DNA of 64,000 nt, from positions 73,299 through 137,298 of the forward strand of contig NZ_NCEN01000021.1 of assembly GCF_002280675.1 (NCBI RefSeq). Direction: 5' to 3'. The position numbers and the translations under genes are program-made. This document shows positions 36,490 through 46,498 of the stretch, one piece after another (the first letter of the stretch is position 1; each line of letters begins with the position of its first letter). The notes below the pieces were generated by a model, which worked only from the letters and a program-made list of their open reading frames with translations, searched no databases and was not told where the DNA came from. Source of the DNA: Novosphingobium sp. 32-60-15. GTDB taxonomy: Bacteria; Pseudomonadota; Alphaproteobacteria; Sphingomonadales; Sphingomonadaceae.

Positions 36490-39090
36490 GTGACGCCTAA
36501 TGCCCCAACTCCGATGATGGCGCAATATCTTGCTCTGAAAGAGCAGGCGAGCGACTGCCTGTTGTTCTACCGCATGGGCGACTTTTTCGAGCTGTTCTTC
36601 GACGATGCGAAGACCGCTGCGCAAGTGCTCGACATTGCGCTGACCAGCCGCGGTGAACATGGCGGAGCGCCCATCCCGATGTGCGGGGTGCCGGTCCATG
36701 CCGCAGAAGGCTACCTTGCCCGCCTGATCCGTGCAGGGTGCCGCGTGGCCATTGCCGAACAGGTTGAAACGCCCGAAGAAGCCAGGAAACGCGGGGGTTC
36801 CAAGGCTTTGGTCGCGCGCGACATCGTGCGTTTTGTCACCGCCGGAACGCTGACCGAAGAAGCCCTGCTCGAACCGCGCCGCGCCAATGTGCTGGCGGCG
36901 GTGTGCGATGTGCGCGGGGTCATCGGCATTGCCGCTTGCGATATTTCCACCGGACGGATGGAGCTGGAAGAATGCTCTGCTGATCAGATGGGTGCCGCTT
37001 TGGCGCGGCTGGGGGCAACAGAAATAGTTGCGCCTGAAACATGGGATGATGCGCCGTCCGGATGCGTGGCAAGGCCGAATCGGTCATTCGGCAGTGATGA
37101 GGGCGAAGCGCGGCTGAAGGCGGTGCACGGTGTCACCACGCTGGATGGCTTTGGCCAGTTCACCCGCGCGATGCTGGCAGCGGCAGGCGGGTTGATCGGT
37201 TACCTTGACCATGTGGGCCGGGGCGCTTTGCCATTGCTGCTGCCGCCCGTCGCGCGTGAGGCAGGCACGCACATGGCGATGGATGAAGCCACGCGGGCCA
37301 GCCTTGAAATCCTGACCAGCACCGGCGGTGCGCGCAAGGGCAGTCTGGTGGAAGCGATTGACCGTTGCGTGACGGGCGCAGGCGCGCGGCTGCTGGCCGA
37401 GGACTTGTCGGCACCGCTGACGGATTCGCGCGCCATTTACCGGCGGCTGGAACTGGTCAGCTGGCTGCATGACGATCCGCTGTTGCGCGGTGATCTGCGC
37501 GGCGTCTTGCGCGCTTTGCCCGATGTCGGCCGTGCGCTGGGGCGGGTGGTGGCAGGGCGCGGCTCTCCGCGTGATCTGGGGCAATTGCGCGATGGTTTGG
37601 CTGAAGCGCGGCGGCTGCACGATATGCTGCGCGCTAGGTCGGACCGGCCTGCGCCGCTGGATGACCTTCTGCCATCGCTGGCAGGGCACGGCGCGCTGGT
37701 TGATCTTTATGCCCGCGCGTTGGTGCCCGCACCGCCGACCGAACGGTCGCAAGGCGGCTTCATTGCCGAAGGGTATGACGCGGCGCTGGATGAATTGCGC
37801 CGTGTTTCGGGCAATTCGCGCCGCGCGATTGCCGCGCTTGAGGCAAAGTACCGCGATGACACCGGCGTGGCGGCGCTGAAAATCCGCCACAACGGCGTAC
37901 TGGGCTATTTCATCGAAGTGCCCGCGCGCCATGCTGACCGGCTGATGGCGCCCGAATCCGGCTTTACCCATCGCCAGACAATGGCGGGCGCGGTGCGCTT
38001 CAACGCGCTGGCCCTGCACGAAGAGGCCAGCCGCATTGCGGAAAGCGGGGGCCATTCGCTGGCCGCCGAAGAGGTGCATTTCGAGGAACTGGTGGGCCAA
38101 GCCGTGCTGGCCAAGGCCGCTATCGCCCAAACCGCCGCAGCCCTTGCGCGTATCGACGTGGCGGCAGGCCAGGCCGAACGCGCAGCCGAAGGTGGCTGGT
38201 CCCTGCCGCGCGTGGTGGACGAGCCGTGCCTTGAGATCACCGGCGGGCGGCATCCGGTGGTGGAAGCCGCGCTGGCGGCCAAGGGCGAACGGTTTGTCGC
38301 CAACGATTGCCGCCTTGCGCCAATTGATCGCCTCTGGCTGATCGGCGGGCCGAACATGGGCGGTAAATCGACGTTTTTGCGCCAGAACGCGCTGATCGTG
38401 CTGCTGGCGCAAGCGGGCGGGTTCGTGCCCGCACAGGCCGCAACCATCGGCATGGTCGACCGCCTGTTCAGCCGCGTAGGCGCGTCTGACAATCTGGCGC
38501 GCGGGCGCTCCACCTTCATGGTCGAGATGGTCGAAACCGCCGCGATCCTGTCACAAGCGACCGAGCGCAGCTTTGTGATCCTTGATGAAGTCGGGCGCGG
38601 CACATCAACGTATGATGGCCTCGCGCTGGCATGGGCAGTTGTCGAGGCGGTGCATTCGATCAACCGTAGCCGCTGCCTCTTCGCCACGCATTACCATGAA
38701 CTCGCGCGCCTTGCCGAATCGTGCGATTCGCTCTCGCTCCACCACGTCCGCGCGCGCGAATGGAAGGGTGATTTGGTGCTGCTGCACGAACTGGCCGAAG
38801 GGCCGGCGGACAAGTCCTATGGCCTTGCCGTTGCGCGGCTGGCAGGCGTGCCAGCGCCCGTGGTAAAACGCGCCAAATCCGTGCTGGAAAAGCTGGAGAA
38901 AGGCCGTGCGGCAACCGGCGGTCTTGCCGCAGGGCTTGATGACTTGCCTCTGTTTGCGGCCGCCATCGAAGCGGCAGAGGAAAAGGTCGACGCCCTGCGC
39001 GAGCGGCTGAACGGTCTCGACATCGACGCCCTGTCCCCGCGCGAGGCGCTGGACCTGCTCTACCAGTTAAAGGCGCAGGCCAACGGGTAG
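36490..39090 (+). CDS. mutS: DNA mismatch repair protein MutS
   Basis: TPMMAQY, FYRMGDFFELF, GPNMGGKST, DEVGRGT, FATHYHEL; start at GTG 36490 or ATG 36514. Confidence 0.97.
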   Translation: MTPNAPTPMMAQYLALKEQASDCLLFYRMGDFFELFFDDAKTAAQVLDIALTSRGEHGGAPIPMCGVPVHAAEGYLARLIRAGCRVAIAEQVETPEEARKRGGSKALVARDIVRFVTAGTLTEEALLEPRRANVLAAVCDVRGVIGIAACDISTGRMELEECSADQMGAALARLGATEIVAPETWDDAPSGCVARPNRSFGSDEGEARLKAVHGVTTLDGFGQFTRAMLAAAGGLIGYLDHVGRGALPLLLPPVAREAGTHMAMDEATRASLEILTSTGGARKGSLVEAIDRCVTGAGARLLAEDLSAPLTDSRAIYRRLELVSWLHDDPLLRGDLRGVLRALPDVGRALGRVVAGRGSPRDLGQLRDGLAEARRLHDMLRARSDRPAPLDDLLPSLAGHGALVDLYARALVPAPPTERSQGGFIAEGYDAALDELRRVSGNSRRAIAALEAKYRDDTGVAALKIRHNGVLGYFIEVPARHADRLMAPESGFTHRQTMAGAVRFNALALHEEASRIAESGGHSLAAEEVHFEELVGQAVLAKAAIAQTAAALARIDVAAGQAERAAEGGWSLPRVVDEPCLEITGGRHPVVEAALAAKGERFVANDCRLAPIDRLWLIGGPNMGGKSTFLRQNALIVLLAQAGGFVPAQAATIGMVDRLFSRVGASDNLARGRSTFMVEMVETAAILSQATERSFVILDEVGRGTSTYDGLALAWAVVEAVHSINRSRCLFATHYHELARLAESCDSLSLHHVRAREWKGDLVLLHELAEGPADKSYGLAVARLAGVPAPVVKRAKSVLEKLEKGRAATGGLAAGLDDLPLFAAAIEAAEEKVDALRERLNGLDIDALSPREALDLLYQLKAQANG

Positions 39091-39114
39091 TCGCCAGTGC
39101 GATATGCCGGAAAG

Positions 39115-39193
39115 CCCACCCCGTTGCGACTAACGCCGCCTGCGGCTGCGTTAGTCTCGCTCCCCTCTCATTTACGGGAGGGGTCAGGGGTGG
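39115..39193. repeat. REP-like element (type B, CCCACCCC...CCCCTC-N-GGGAGGGG)
   Basis: Internal hairpins GACTAACG...CGTTAGTC and CCCCTC...GAGGGG, bounded by CCACCCC/GGGGTGG; related to 50171-50306. Confidence 0.75.
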
Positions 39194-39239
39194 CCCTGCA
39201 AAGGTTGCGCGAGAAGCCCTCTCACGCCCTTAGGCCATT

Positions 39240-39359
39240 ATCTTCTTCGGCAACGTAAGCTCCAACTCCGTCATGCTGAACTTGTTTCAGCATCCATTTC
39301 TCCCCACAAACAGCAGTGTGTGTTGATGGATGGATCCTGAAACAAGTTCAGGATGACGA
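39240..39359. repeat. CGTC-type REP-like element (type C), copy 1
   Basis: CGTCATGCTGAACTTGTTTCAGCATCC...GGATCCTGAAACAAGTTCAGGATGACG, plus a 5' flank ATCTTCTTCGGCAACGTAA shared with 51806-51926. Confidence 0.92.
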
Positions 39360-39408
39360 AATTGCGAGAACCTTAAGCGAGGGGGATAATTACCATGCCT
39401 TTTTACCC

Positions 39409-41226
39409 TCACGCCTTATACAGCGCGTCCACTCGTGCGCCGTAGCGCTCCTTGATCTTGTGCCGCCGGATTTTCAGGCTTGGCGTCATTTCCTCGTTGT
39501 CGATGGAAAACGCTTCGTCCGCGAAAGTGAACTGGCGGACCTTTTCGATCACCGAAACGTCCTTGTTCACCCGGTCCACCGCGTTGCGGATGGCGTTGCG
39601 GAAGGCGGGCAGGTTTTGCAATTCCTTGAAATCGAAGTGTTCGCCCTGGGCGCGCGCCCATTCCAGCGCCCATTCGGGATCGGGCACGATCAGGCCGACG
39701 ATGTAGGGCCGCTTGTCGCCGCTGACCATGGCTTGGGCAATTTCCGGCTGCAGCGTCAGCATGCCCTCGATCTTCTGGGGCGAGACATTGTCGCCCTTGT
39801 CGTTGACGATCATGTCCTTTTTGCGATCAGTGATGACGATGCGGCCCTGCTTGTCGATGTGGCCGATGTCGCCGGTATGCAGCCAGCCTGCGTTGGGTCC
39901 GTCTTGCGGAATGGCGCGCGCGGTTTCGGCATCGTTGCGCCAATAGCCATGCATCACCAGTTCGCCGCGCGTCAGGATTTCGCCATCCTCGGCGATTTTC
40001 ACCTCGACGCCCTTCATCGGCGGACCGACGGTGTTCATGCCGATGCCGACACGCGGGCGGTTGCACGATATCACCGGCCCAGCCTCGGTCTGGCCATAGC
40101 CTTGCAGCATGGTCAGGCCCATCGCATCGAAAAACACGCCGACATCGGGGTTCAGCGGTGCGCCGCCTGAAACCATTGCCTTTAACCGACCGCCAAAGCG
40201 GGCGCGGATCTTGGGCCGCAATGTTCGTTCAAGGATCGCGCTCATCGGCAGGTCCAGCAGGCGGCGCTTGCCCGCCGCCTTGCGCGTGCCGATGCCCAGC
40301 GCGCGGTCCATCAGGTAATTGGCAACTTTGCCCTGCTTTTCCACCTGCTTCATGATGCGCGCGCGCAGCACTTCAAACAGGCGCGGCACCACGACCATCA
40401 TCGTCGGGCGCACTTCCTCGATGTTCGACGCCAGCTTTTCCAAACCTTCGGAATAATAGATCTGCGCGCCCATGCCGATAGGCAGATACTGCCCGCCGGT
40501 GTGTTCATAAGCGTGTGACAGCGGCAGGAAGGACAGGAACACTTCCTCGTCCCAGCCGAAATCCTCGGCCAGAATGTGTGCTGCGCCATCAACATTGCAC
40601 AGGATCGATCCGTGGTGCAGCCGCACCCCGCGCGGAGAACCGCCGGTGCCGCTGGTATAGATCAGGCAGGCCAGATCATCGCGGCGCATGGTGGACAGCC
40701 GCGCATCCACCGCGCGCCGTGCCCCATCGGCATCGCCTGTTGTCATCGCGGCCCAATCGTGGAACGCCAGCTTGCCCGCCTGCATCTGGCGCAGCGGTTC
40801 GATCCCGATCACATGTTCGACACACGGCGCGGCCAGCGCTGCGGGAAGCACGGCGTTGGACAGTTTGGACGTGGACACGATCACCGCCCGCGCGCCTGAA
40901 TTTTCCAGAATGTGCAGGTGATCGCGTTCGGTATTGGTTGTATAGGTCGGCACCGTGACAAGCCCTGCGGCCATGATCGCAAGGTCTGCAATCGCCCATT
41001 CCGGCCGGTTTTCCGATACCAGCGCCACACGGTCGCCTGCGCTCAATCCCAAAGCGCGCAAGTTTTCTGCCAGCAGGCAAACCTTGCGCGCAGCTTCGGC
41101 CCAGCTTTGCGATTGCCATTTGCCTTCGCGCTTGGCCCACAGGAACGGCCCGTCCCCACGGGCTTTTGCCCGGTCAAGGAACATGGCGACAAGATTGGGA
41201 TAGCCTGCGAAATCGGTAAGCTGCAC
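39409..41226 (-). CDS. Long-chain fatty acid--CoA ligase (AMP-binding family)
   Basis: YTSGTGGSPRG, GYGQTE, WLHTGDIG, RKKDMIV; probable GTG start at 41226. Confidence 0.9.
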   Translation of the reverse strand: MQLTDFAGYPNLVAMFLDRAKARGDGPFLWAKREGKWQSQSWAEAARKVCLLAENLRALGLSAGDRVALVSENRPEWAIADLAIMAAGLVTVPTYTTNTERDHLHILENSGARAVIVSTSKLSNAVLPAALAAPCVEHVIGIEPLRQMQAGKLAFHDWAAMTTGDADGARRAVDARLSTMRRDDLACLIYTSGTGGSPRGVRLHHGSILCNVDGAAHILAEDFGWDEEVFLSFLPLSHAYEHTGGQYLPIGMGAQIYYSEGLEKLASNIEEVRPTMMVVVPRLFEVLRARIMKQVEKQGKVANYLMDRALGIGTRKAAGKRRLLDLPMSAILERTLRPKIRARFGGRLKAMVSGGAPLNPDVGVFFDAMGLTMLQGYGQTEAGPVISCNRPRVGIGMNTVGPPMKGVEVKIAEDGEILTRGELVMHGYWRNDAETARAIPQDGPNAGWLHTGDIGHIDKQGRIVITDRKKDMIVNDKGDNVSPQKIEGMLTLQPEIAQAMVSGDKRPYIVGLIVPDPEWALEWARAQGEHFDFKELQNLPAFRNAIRNAVDRVNKDVSVIEKVRQFTFADEAFSIDNEEMTPSLKIRRHKIKERYGARVDALYKA

Positions 41227-41317
41227 GTTCGGATTCCTCGCCCCGGAGCCGGTTGGAGCTCCGGCTTCCACTTGGTCGGACGTGAACCTAGTGCCGCAGT
41301 TTCATTACGGCAACAGT

Positions 41318-43069
41318 TCAGGGAGCCACTGCGGCCCCTTCACTGCGCGGATCAGCCGCGCCGCGCCACACGCCATCCAGATGTTCGATGGCATTGGCTT
41401 TGAACGAGGGGTTGCGCGCCATGATCTTGGCATGGCCCAACGCCTGTAACGCAGGGATCATCGCTTCAAGCGAAGTGCCTTTTTCCACAAACACCGTCTC
41501 GCCACCCGGCGCAAAGACCGTGGGCAGGGCAATGGCATCGCGCGCTGACAGGTTCCAGTCGAGCACGCCGATAATTGCCTTGGCCACTTGTGCCGGAATG
41601 GTCGTGCCGCCAGCCGCGCCGACCGCCAGCCGCAGCTTGCCATCAGGGCCATAGATCAGCGTCGGTGCCATTGAACTGCGCGGACGCTTGCCGCCTTCAA
41701 CGCGGTTCGCGGTCGGCTTGCCGTCCTTGTCCGGCACGATGTTGAAATCGGTCAGCTCGTTGTTCAGATAATAGCCGCCCACCATCAGGCCCGATCCGAA
41801 CGGCCCTTCGATGGTCGAGGTGTAGCTGGTGGAATTGCCCCAGCGGTCAACGGTGACAAAATGCGTTGTGCCATGCTCTTCCTGGCGGGCAGGCCGTGCA
41901 AAAGCCAGCGTTGCCCCCGGCGGTGTGCCGGGAAGGGCGCTTGGCATTGTCGCACTTGGCGAAATCAGCGCCGAACGTGCCGAAAGGTAGGCGGGATCGA
42001 TCAGCCCCTTGACCGGCACCGATACGAAATCGGCATCGGCAGCATATTGCTCCCGGTCTGCATAAGCGAGGCGTTGCGATTCAGCGATCAGGTGCCATGC
42101 CGTCGGGTCAGCCGGGCCAAGCGTTTTCATGTCAAAGCGTTCAAGCTGCTTGAGAATGGCGTAAACCGTTGTCGCGCCCGATGACGGCGGCCCCATGCCG
42201 CAAATGCGGTACTGGCGGTATTGTCCGCACACCGCAGGGCGCTCTACCGCCTTGTAAGCGGCAAGGTCTGCCGTGGTCATCGGCGCAGGATTGCGCGGCG
42301 CGGTGCCCACTTTGGTGGCCAGCAAAGTGGCGTTCTCGCCGGTATAAAAACTGTCAGCCCCGCGCGCGGCGATGGTTTCCAGCGTAGCGGCCAGCGCCGG
42401 ATTGCGCACCAATGTGCCTTCGGGCAACGGCTGGCCATCAGCGCCATAGAACAGCGCACGGGCATCAGGATCAAGCGCGCCGGTGCGGATCGCGTTGGCC
42501 AGCGATGCCCGCATGCGCGGGGTTATCTGATAGCCCTCACGCGCCAGCCTGATCGCGGGCTGAAACAGGGTGCGCCATGAAAGCTTGCCGTGTTTGTTGT
42601 GCGCCAGGGCGGCAAGGCGAAGATTGCCGGGCACGCCAACACTGCGCCCGCCGGGAACCGCATCGCCATAGGCCATCGGCTTGCCATCGACAAAGAACCA
42701 TTGCTGCGTGGCGGCTTTGGGGGCGGTTTCGCGCCCGTCGATCGTTGCGACGTTGCCGCCTGCATCGCCCAGCACCAGAAACCCGCCCCCGCCAATGCCC
42801 GAGCTTTGCGGTTCGACCACGGTCAGCGCCAGCATCGTGGCGATGGAGGCGTCAACCGCGCTGCCGCCCAGGCGGAGCATTTGCGCGCCTGCCTCTGCGG
42901 CGCGCGGATCGGCTGCCGAGACAAGGCCGGCGCTATCATCGGGAACACCGCTGGTGGCGGCGGCAGGCGGCGTGCGCGGCGGCACCGAAGCGTTCGGCGG
43001 CGGGACGCAAGCACTGGCCAGAAGGACGGCGCTGAGGGGCAGAAGGCGAAGCATGCGCATGAAGTTCAT
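41318..43069 (-). CDS. ggt: Gamma-glutamyltransferase
   Basis: Lipoprotein-like signal (LASAC), EPQSSGIGGG, HGTTHF (Thr nucleophile), RPRSSMAPT, GAADPR. Confidence 0.95.
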   Translation of the reverse strand: MNFMRMLRLLPLSAVLLASACVPPPNASVPPRTPPAAATSGVPDDSAGLVSAADPRAAEAGAQMLRLGGSAVDASIATMLALTVVEPQSSGIGGGGFLVLGDAGGNVATIDGRETAPKAATQQWFFVDGKPMAYGDAVPGGRSVGVPGNLRLAALAHNKHGKLSWRTLFQPAIRLAREGYQITPRMRASLANAIRTGALDPDARALFYGADGQPLPEGTLVRNPALAATLETIAARGADSFYTGENATLLATKVGTAPRNPAPMTTADLAAYKAVERPAVCGQYRQYRICGMGPPSSGATTVYAILKQLERFDMKTLGPADPTAWHLIAESQRLAYADREQYAADADFVSVPVKGLIDPAYLSARSALISPSATMPSALPGTPPGATLAFARPARQEEHGTTHFVTVDRWGNSTSYTSTIEGPFGSGLMVGGYYLNNELTDFNIVPDKDGKPTANRVEGGKRPRSSMAPTLIYGPDGKLRLAVGAAGGTTIPAQVAKAIIGVLDWNLSARDAIALPTVFAPGGETVFVEKGTSLEAMIPALQALGHAKIMARNPSFKANAIEHLDGVWRGAADPRSEGAAVAP

Positions 43070-43079
43070 GGCCCCCACG

Positions 43080-44129
43080 CTATTCGCTGCCGACCGCCTC
43101 TGCAATGGATGTCAGCCCCGCTTCGCGCACCTTTGTTTCAAGCCCTTTGACCAGGCGGTGGGCAAGCCCCGGCCCTTCATAGACCAGCGCGCTGTAAAGC
43201 TGGATCAGGCTGGCACCTGCGCGGATGCGGTCCCAGGCATCGTCCACAGTTGAAATGCCGCCAACGCCCACCAGCGGGATCGCCCCGCCGCTGGCCTTGC
43301 GGAAATCGCGCAGGCGTTGCAGCGCAAGATCGCGCAAGGGTTCGCCCGAAAGCCCGCCTGCCTCGCCCGCATGGGCCGAACGCAGCGCCGGACGCGTAAT
43401 CGTGGTGTTTGATATGATCAGCGCGGCCAGCTTCTTTTCCAGCGCGATGCGGCAGATGCTGTCAATATCGGCAGGTTCAAGATCGGGTGCCAGTTTCAGG
43501 AATACCGGCACATGGCTGTTGCCGCGCGCTTCCAGCACACCGTCAAGCAGCGCGGATAGCGCGCCTTCATCTTGCAAGGCGCGCAGGCCAGGCGTGTTGG
43601 GCGAGGAGATGTTTACCGTGAGATAGGACGCCAGCGGTGCCATAAGCCGGGTCATCTGCGCGTAATCGGCAATGCGATCAGGCGAATCCTTGTTTGCGCC
43701 GATGTTCACACCGACGATACCCTGCAGGCCGTGCGCGCCGGTTTCGCGCCGCCGCATCAACCGGTTGGTCACCGCTTGGGCGCCTTCGTTGTTAAACCCC
43801 ATGCGGTTGATCACCGCGCGGTCTTCAACCAGCCGGAACAGGCGCGGCTTGGGGTTGCCCTCTTGGGGAAGAGGCGTGACCGTGCCGACCTCGACCGAAC
43901 CGAATCCGAAGCCGAGCATGGCATCGGGCACCTCGGCGTTCTTGTCGAAGCCGGGGGCCATGCCGACCGGATTGGGAAAGGCAATGCCGCCGATCCGCTG
44001 GGCAAGGGTGGGGGTCGGGGCGGCGCGCGCACCGCTTTGCATGTACCCTAAGGCCTTGATTGTAAGGCGATGGGCAGGCTCTGCTGCAATGCGGAAAATC
44101 AGCGGGCGCAACAAGGAAAAAGGCGTCAC
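43080..44129 (-). CDS. pyrD: Quinone-dependent dihydroorotate dehydrogenase
   Basis: NPVGMAPGFDKNAE, NRMGFNN, NISSPNTPGLR, GGLSG. Confidence 0.97.
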   Translation of the reverse strand: MTPFSLLRPLIFRIAAEPAHRLTIKALGYMQSGARAAPTPTLAQRIGGIAFPNPVGMAPGFDKNAEVPDAMLGFGFGSVEVGTVTPLPQEGNPKPRLFRLVEDRAVINRMGFNNEGAQAVTNRLMRRRETGAHGLQGIVGVNIGANKDSPDRIADYAQMTRLMAPLASYLTVNISSPNTPGLRALQDEGALSALLDGVLEARGNSHVPVFLKLAPDLEPADIDSICRIALEKKLAALIISNTTITRPALRSAHAGEAGGLSGEPLRDLALQRLRDFRKASGGAIPLVGVGGISTVDDAWDRIRAGASLIQLYSALVYEGPGLAHRLVKGLETKVREAGLTSIAEAVGSE

Positions 44130-44281
44130 AGGTATCGATCCAAATGAGCGTCAACTGGTGCAGCAGCGAAAGCGAACTTTCGCCCGACATGGCGTTTTGC
44201 GGTCTATTGCGCTTGGTTACAGCAATGGCCAAGTCCCTACTTTGCCGAACGAACAGCAATTGTCATCGAATGATCAGGGTA

Positions 44282-44321
44282 TGTTGCCGCAATGCAACCG
44301 ATTTTGTCGAATTCATACAAT
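44282..44321 (+). promoter_or_regulatory. Putative promoter with a TGTTGC-N6-GCAACC palindrome and TACAAT -10 element
   Basis: Palindrome at 44282-44299; TACAAT at 44316-44321, immediately before the candidate sRNA. Confidence 0.45.
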
Positions 44322-44326
44322 TCATC

Positions 44327-44442
44327 GCGAGGCGGACTGCGTAGCTAGGCCTTGCGACCCGAAGGGCTCGGTGCACTTATGTGCTGAGTTCTCGACTTTA
44401 GGGCGGCCGATGATCTTCACAGGTCTTGGCCGCCCTTTTTTT
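44327..44442 (+). ncRNA. Candidate small RNA or structured leader (family not recognised)
   Basis: No ORF; internal hairpin CTCGGTGCAC-TTAT-GTGCTGAG; strong terminator AGGGCGGCCGA...TTGGCCGCCCT followed by a T run (44400-44442); -10-like hexamer upstream. Confidence 0.55.
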
Positions 44443-44510
44443 GTCTGCGTCCCGCCCCTCTTCGCCTGCTGGAAGGCTCGTCTTGTATCTTGTGAATCGA
44501 GCGCCTAGAT

Positions 44511-44533
44511 AACCGGAGTGATTCGGTCCGATT
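44511..44533. promoter_or_regulatory. Putative Rrf2/IscR autoregulatory operator
   Basis: AACCGGA-N9-TCCGATT imperfect palindrome ending 31 bp before the regulator ATG. Confidence 0.45.
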
Positions 44534-44564
44534 TCATTTCGGACCTTGCGGGACCAACCAGACG

Positions 44565-45005
44565 ATGCGCCTTTCCAGCATGGCCGATTATGCCGTCGTA
44601 ACGATGAGCGCCGCCGCGCGCCATTGCGGGCATGCGCGTGTTTCGGCCCAGCAACTGGCCGATGAAACCGGGCTGCCTGCGCCCACCGTGCAAAAATTGG
44701 TCAGCAAGCTGTCTGCGGCGGGATTGTTGAAATCCGTTCGCGGCGCAGGGGGCGGGCTGAAACTTGCGCGTCCGGCAGCAGCAATAACCTTGGCCGATAT
44801 TGTCGAGGCGGTCGAAGGGCCTATTGCTCTGGCCCCGTGCAGCGATCATAGCCGCCACGATTGCACGCTGGAGGCAGCCTGTTCGATCCGTCCGCACTGG
44901 CCTGCGGTTGATGCCGCATTGCGCGGTGCGCTGGCCGGAATTCCGCTCACCCAATTGTCCCGTCCTGCCGTAAATGCGGCTCCGGTGGCGGAGGTTATGG
45001 CATGA
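44565..45005 (+). CDS. Rrf2-family (IscR-like) SUF system regulator
   Basis: [11 protein letters not shown] wing; three Cys plus His ([22 protein letters not shown]). Confidence 0.9.
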   Translation: MRLSSMADYAVVTMSAAARHCGHARVSAQQLADETGLPAPTVQKLVSKLSAAGLLKSVRGAGGGLKLARPAAAITLADIVEAVEGPIALAPCSDHSRHDCTLEAACSIRPHWPAVDAALRGALAGIPLTQLSRPAVNAAPVAEVMA

Positions 45006-46498
45006 CTGAAAACGTACAGCTGAAAGACCAGCCAATCAAAGACCAGGCAGCGCACGATGCCGCCGCCAAAGTGGCCGATTATGAACACGGCTGGTCATCT
45101 GACATTGAACAGGAATACGGCCCCAAAGGCCTGTCCGAAGACACCGTCCGCTATATCTCGGCCAAAAAGGACGAGCCCGAGTGGATGCTCGAATGGCGGC
45201 TCAAGGCCTATCGCCACTGGCTGACGATGCCCACGCCCGATTGGGCCAAGCTGAACGTCCCGCCGATTGATTATCAGGACGCCTATTACTGGGCCGCGCC
45301 CAAAACCAAGCCCAAGCTTGGCAGCCTGGACGAGGTCGATCCCGAAATCCTGCGCATTTACGAAAAGCTGGGCATTCCGCTGGCCGAGCAGGAAGTGCTC
45401 GCCGGTGTTGAAGGCGCGCGCCGTGTTGCCGTGGATGCGGTGTTTGACAGCGTGTCGGTCGCCACCACCTTCCGCAAGGAGCTGGAATCAGCAGGCGTCA
45501 TCTTCCGCTCGATCTCCGAAGCGATCCGCGAATATCCTGAGCATGTGAAGAAGTGGCTCGGCAAAGTTGTGCCGATGCATGACAATTACTTCGCCACATT
45601 GAATTGCGCGGTCTTTTCGGATGGCACCTTCGTTTACATCCCCGAAGGCGTGCGCTGCCCGATGGAGCTTTCCACCTATTTCCGCATCAACGCGGAAAAC
45701 ACCGGACAGTTTGAACGCACGCTGATCGTGGCCGACAAAGGTAGCTATGTCAGCTACCTCGAAGGCTGCACCGCGCCGATGCGCGATGAAAACCAGCTTC
45801 ACGCCGCCGTGGTCGAACTGGTCGCGATGGACGATGCCGAGATCAAGTATTCAACCGTGCAGAACTGGTATCCCGGCAATGCCGAGGGCCTTGGCGGCAT
45901 TTACAACTTCGTCACCAAGCGCGCGCTGTGTCAGGGCAAGCGCTCAAAGGTTTCGTGGACGCAGGTTGAAACTGGCTCTGCCATCACTTGGAAGTATCCA
46001 AGCTGTGTGTTGAACGGTGATGATTCGGTGGGCGAGTTCTACTCGGTCGCCGTCACCAACAATTACCAGCAGGCCGATACCGGCACCAAGATGATCCACA
46101 ACGGCAAGCGCACCCGCTCGACCATCGTCTCAAAGGGTATCTCTGCGGGCAAGTCGAACAACACCTATCGCGGCCTTGTCCGCGTGGCGCCGGGCGCCGA
46201 TGGCGTGCGCAACTTCACCCAGTGCGACAGCCTGCTGCTGGGCGCTGATTGCGGCGCGCACACCGTGCCCTACATCGAAGTGCGCAACCCCACCGCCACC
46301 ATCGAACACGAAGCCACCACCAGCAAGATCAGCGACGATCAGCTCTACTACGCCATGCAGCGTGGCCTCGATCAGGAAAGCGCCGTCGCCCTGATCGTCA
46401 ACGGCTTCGCCCGCGAAGTGCTCAAGCAATTGCCGATGGAATTTGCAGTCGAAGCGCAAAAGCTGCTGGGTATTTCGCTTGAAGGATCAGTCGGTTGA
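45002..46498 (+). CDS. sufB: Fe-S cluster assembly protein SufB
   Basis: [39 protein letters not shown]. Confidence 0.98.
   Translation: MTENVQLKDQPIKDQAAHDAAAKVADYEHGWSSDIEQEYGPKGLSEDTVRYISAKKDEPEWMLEWRLKAYRHWLTMPTPDWAKLNVPPIDYQDAYYWAAPKTKPKLGSLDEVDPEILRIYEKLGIPLAEQEVLAGVEGARRVAVDAVFDSVSVATTFRKELESAGVIFRSISEAIREYPEHVKKWLGKVVPMHDNYFATLNCAVFSDGTFVYIPEGVRCPMELSTYFRINAENTGQFERTLIVADKGSYVSYLEGCTAPMRDENQLHAAVVELVAMDDAEIKYSTVQNWYPGNAEGLGGIYNFVTKRALCQGKRSKVSWTQVETGSAITWKYPSCVLNGDDSVGEFYSVAVTNNYQQADTGTKMIHNGKRTRSTIVSKGISAGKSNNTYRGLVRVAPGADGVRNFTQCDSLLLGADCGAHTVPYIEVRNPTATIEHEATTSKISDDQLYYAMQRGLDQESAVALIVNGFAREVLKQLPMEFAVEAQKLLGISLEGSVG

Noticed and set aside
35743-36699. Apparent long bidirectional overlap of an extended MutS (1115 aa) and a 660-aa ORF
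   Set aside because: Family motifs start only at about 36490 (MutS) and about 36363 (membrane protein); the extensions are open-frame artefacts of high-GC DNA.
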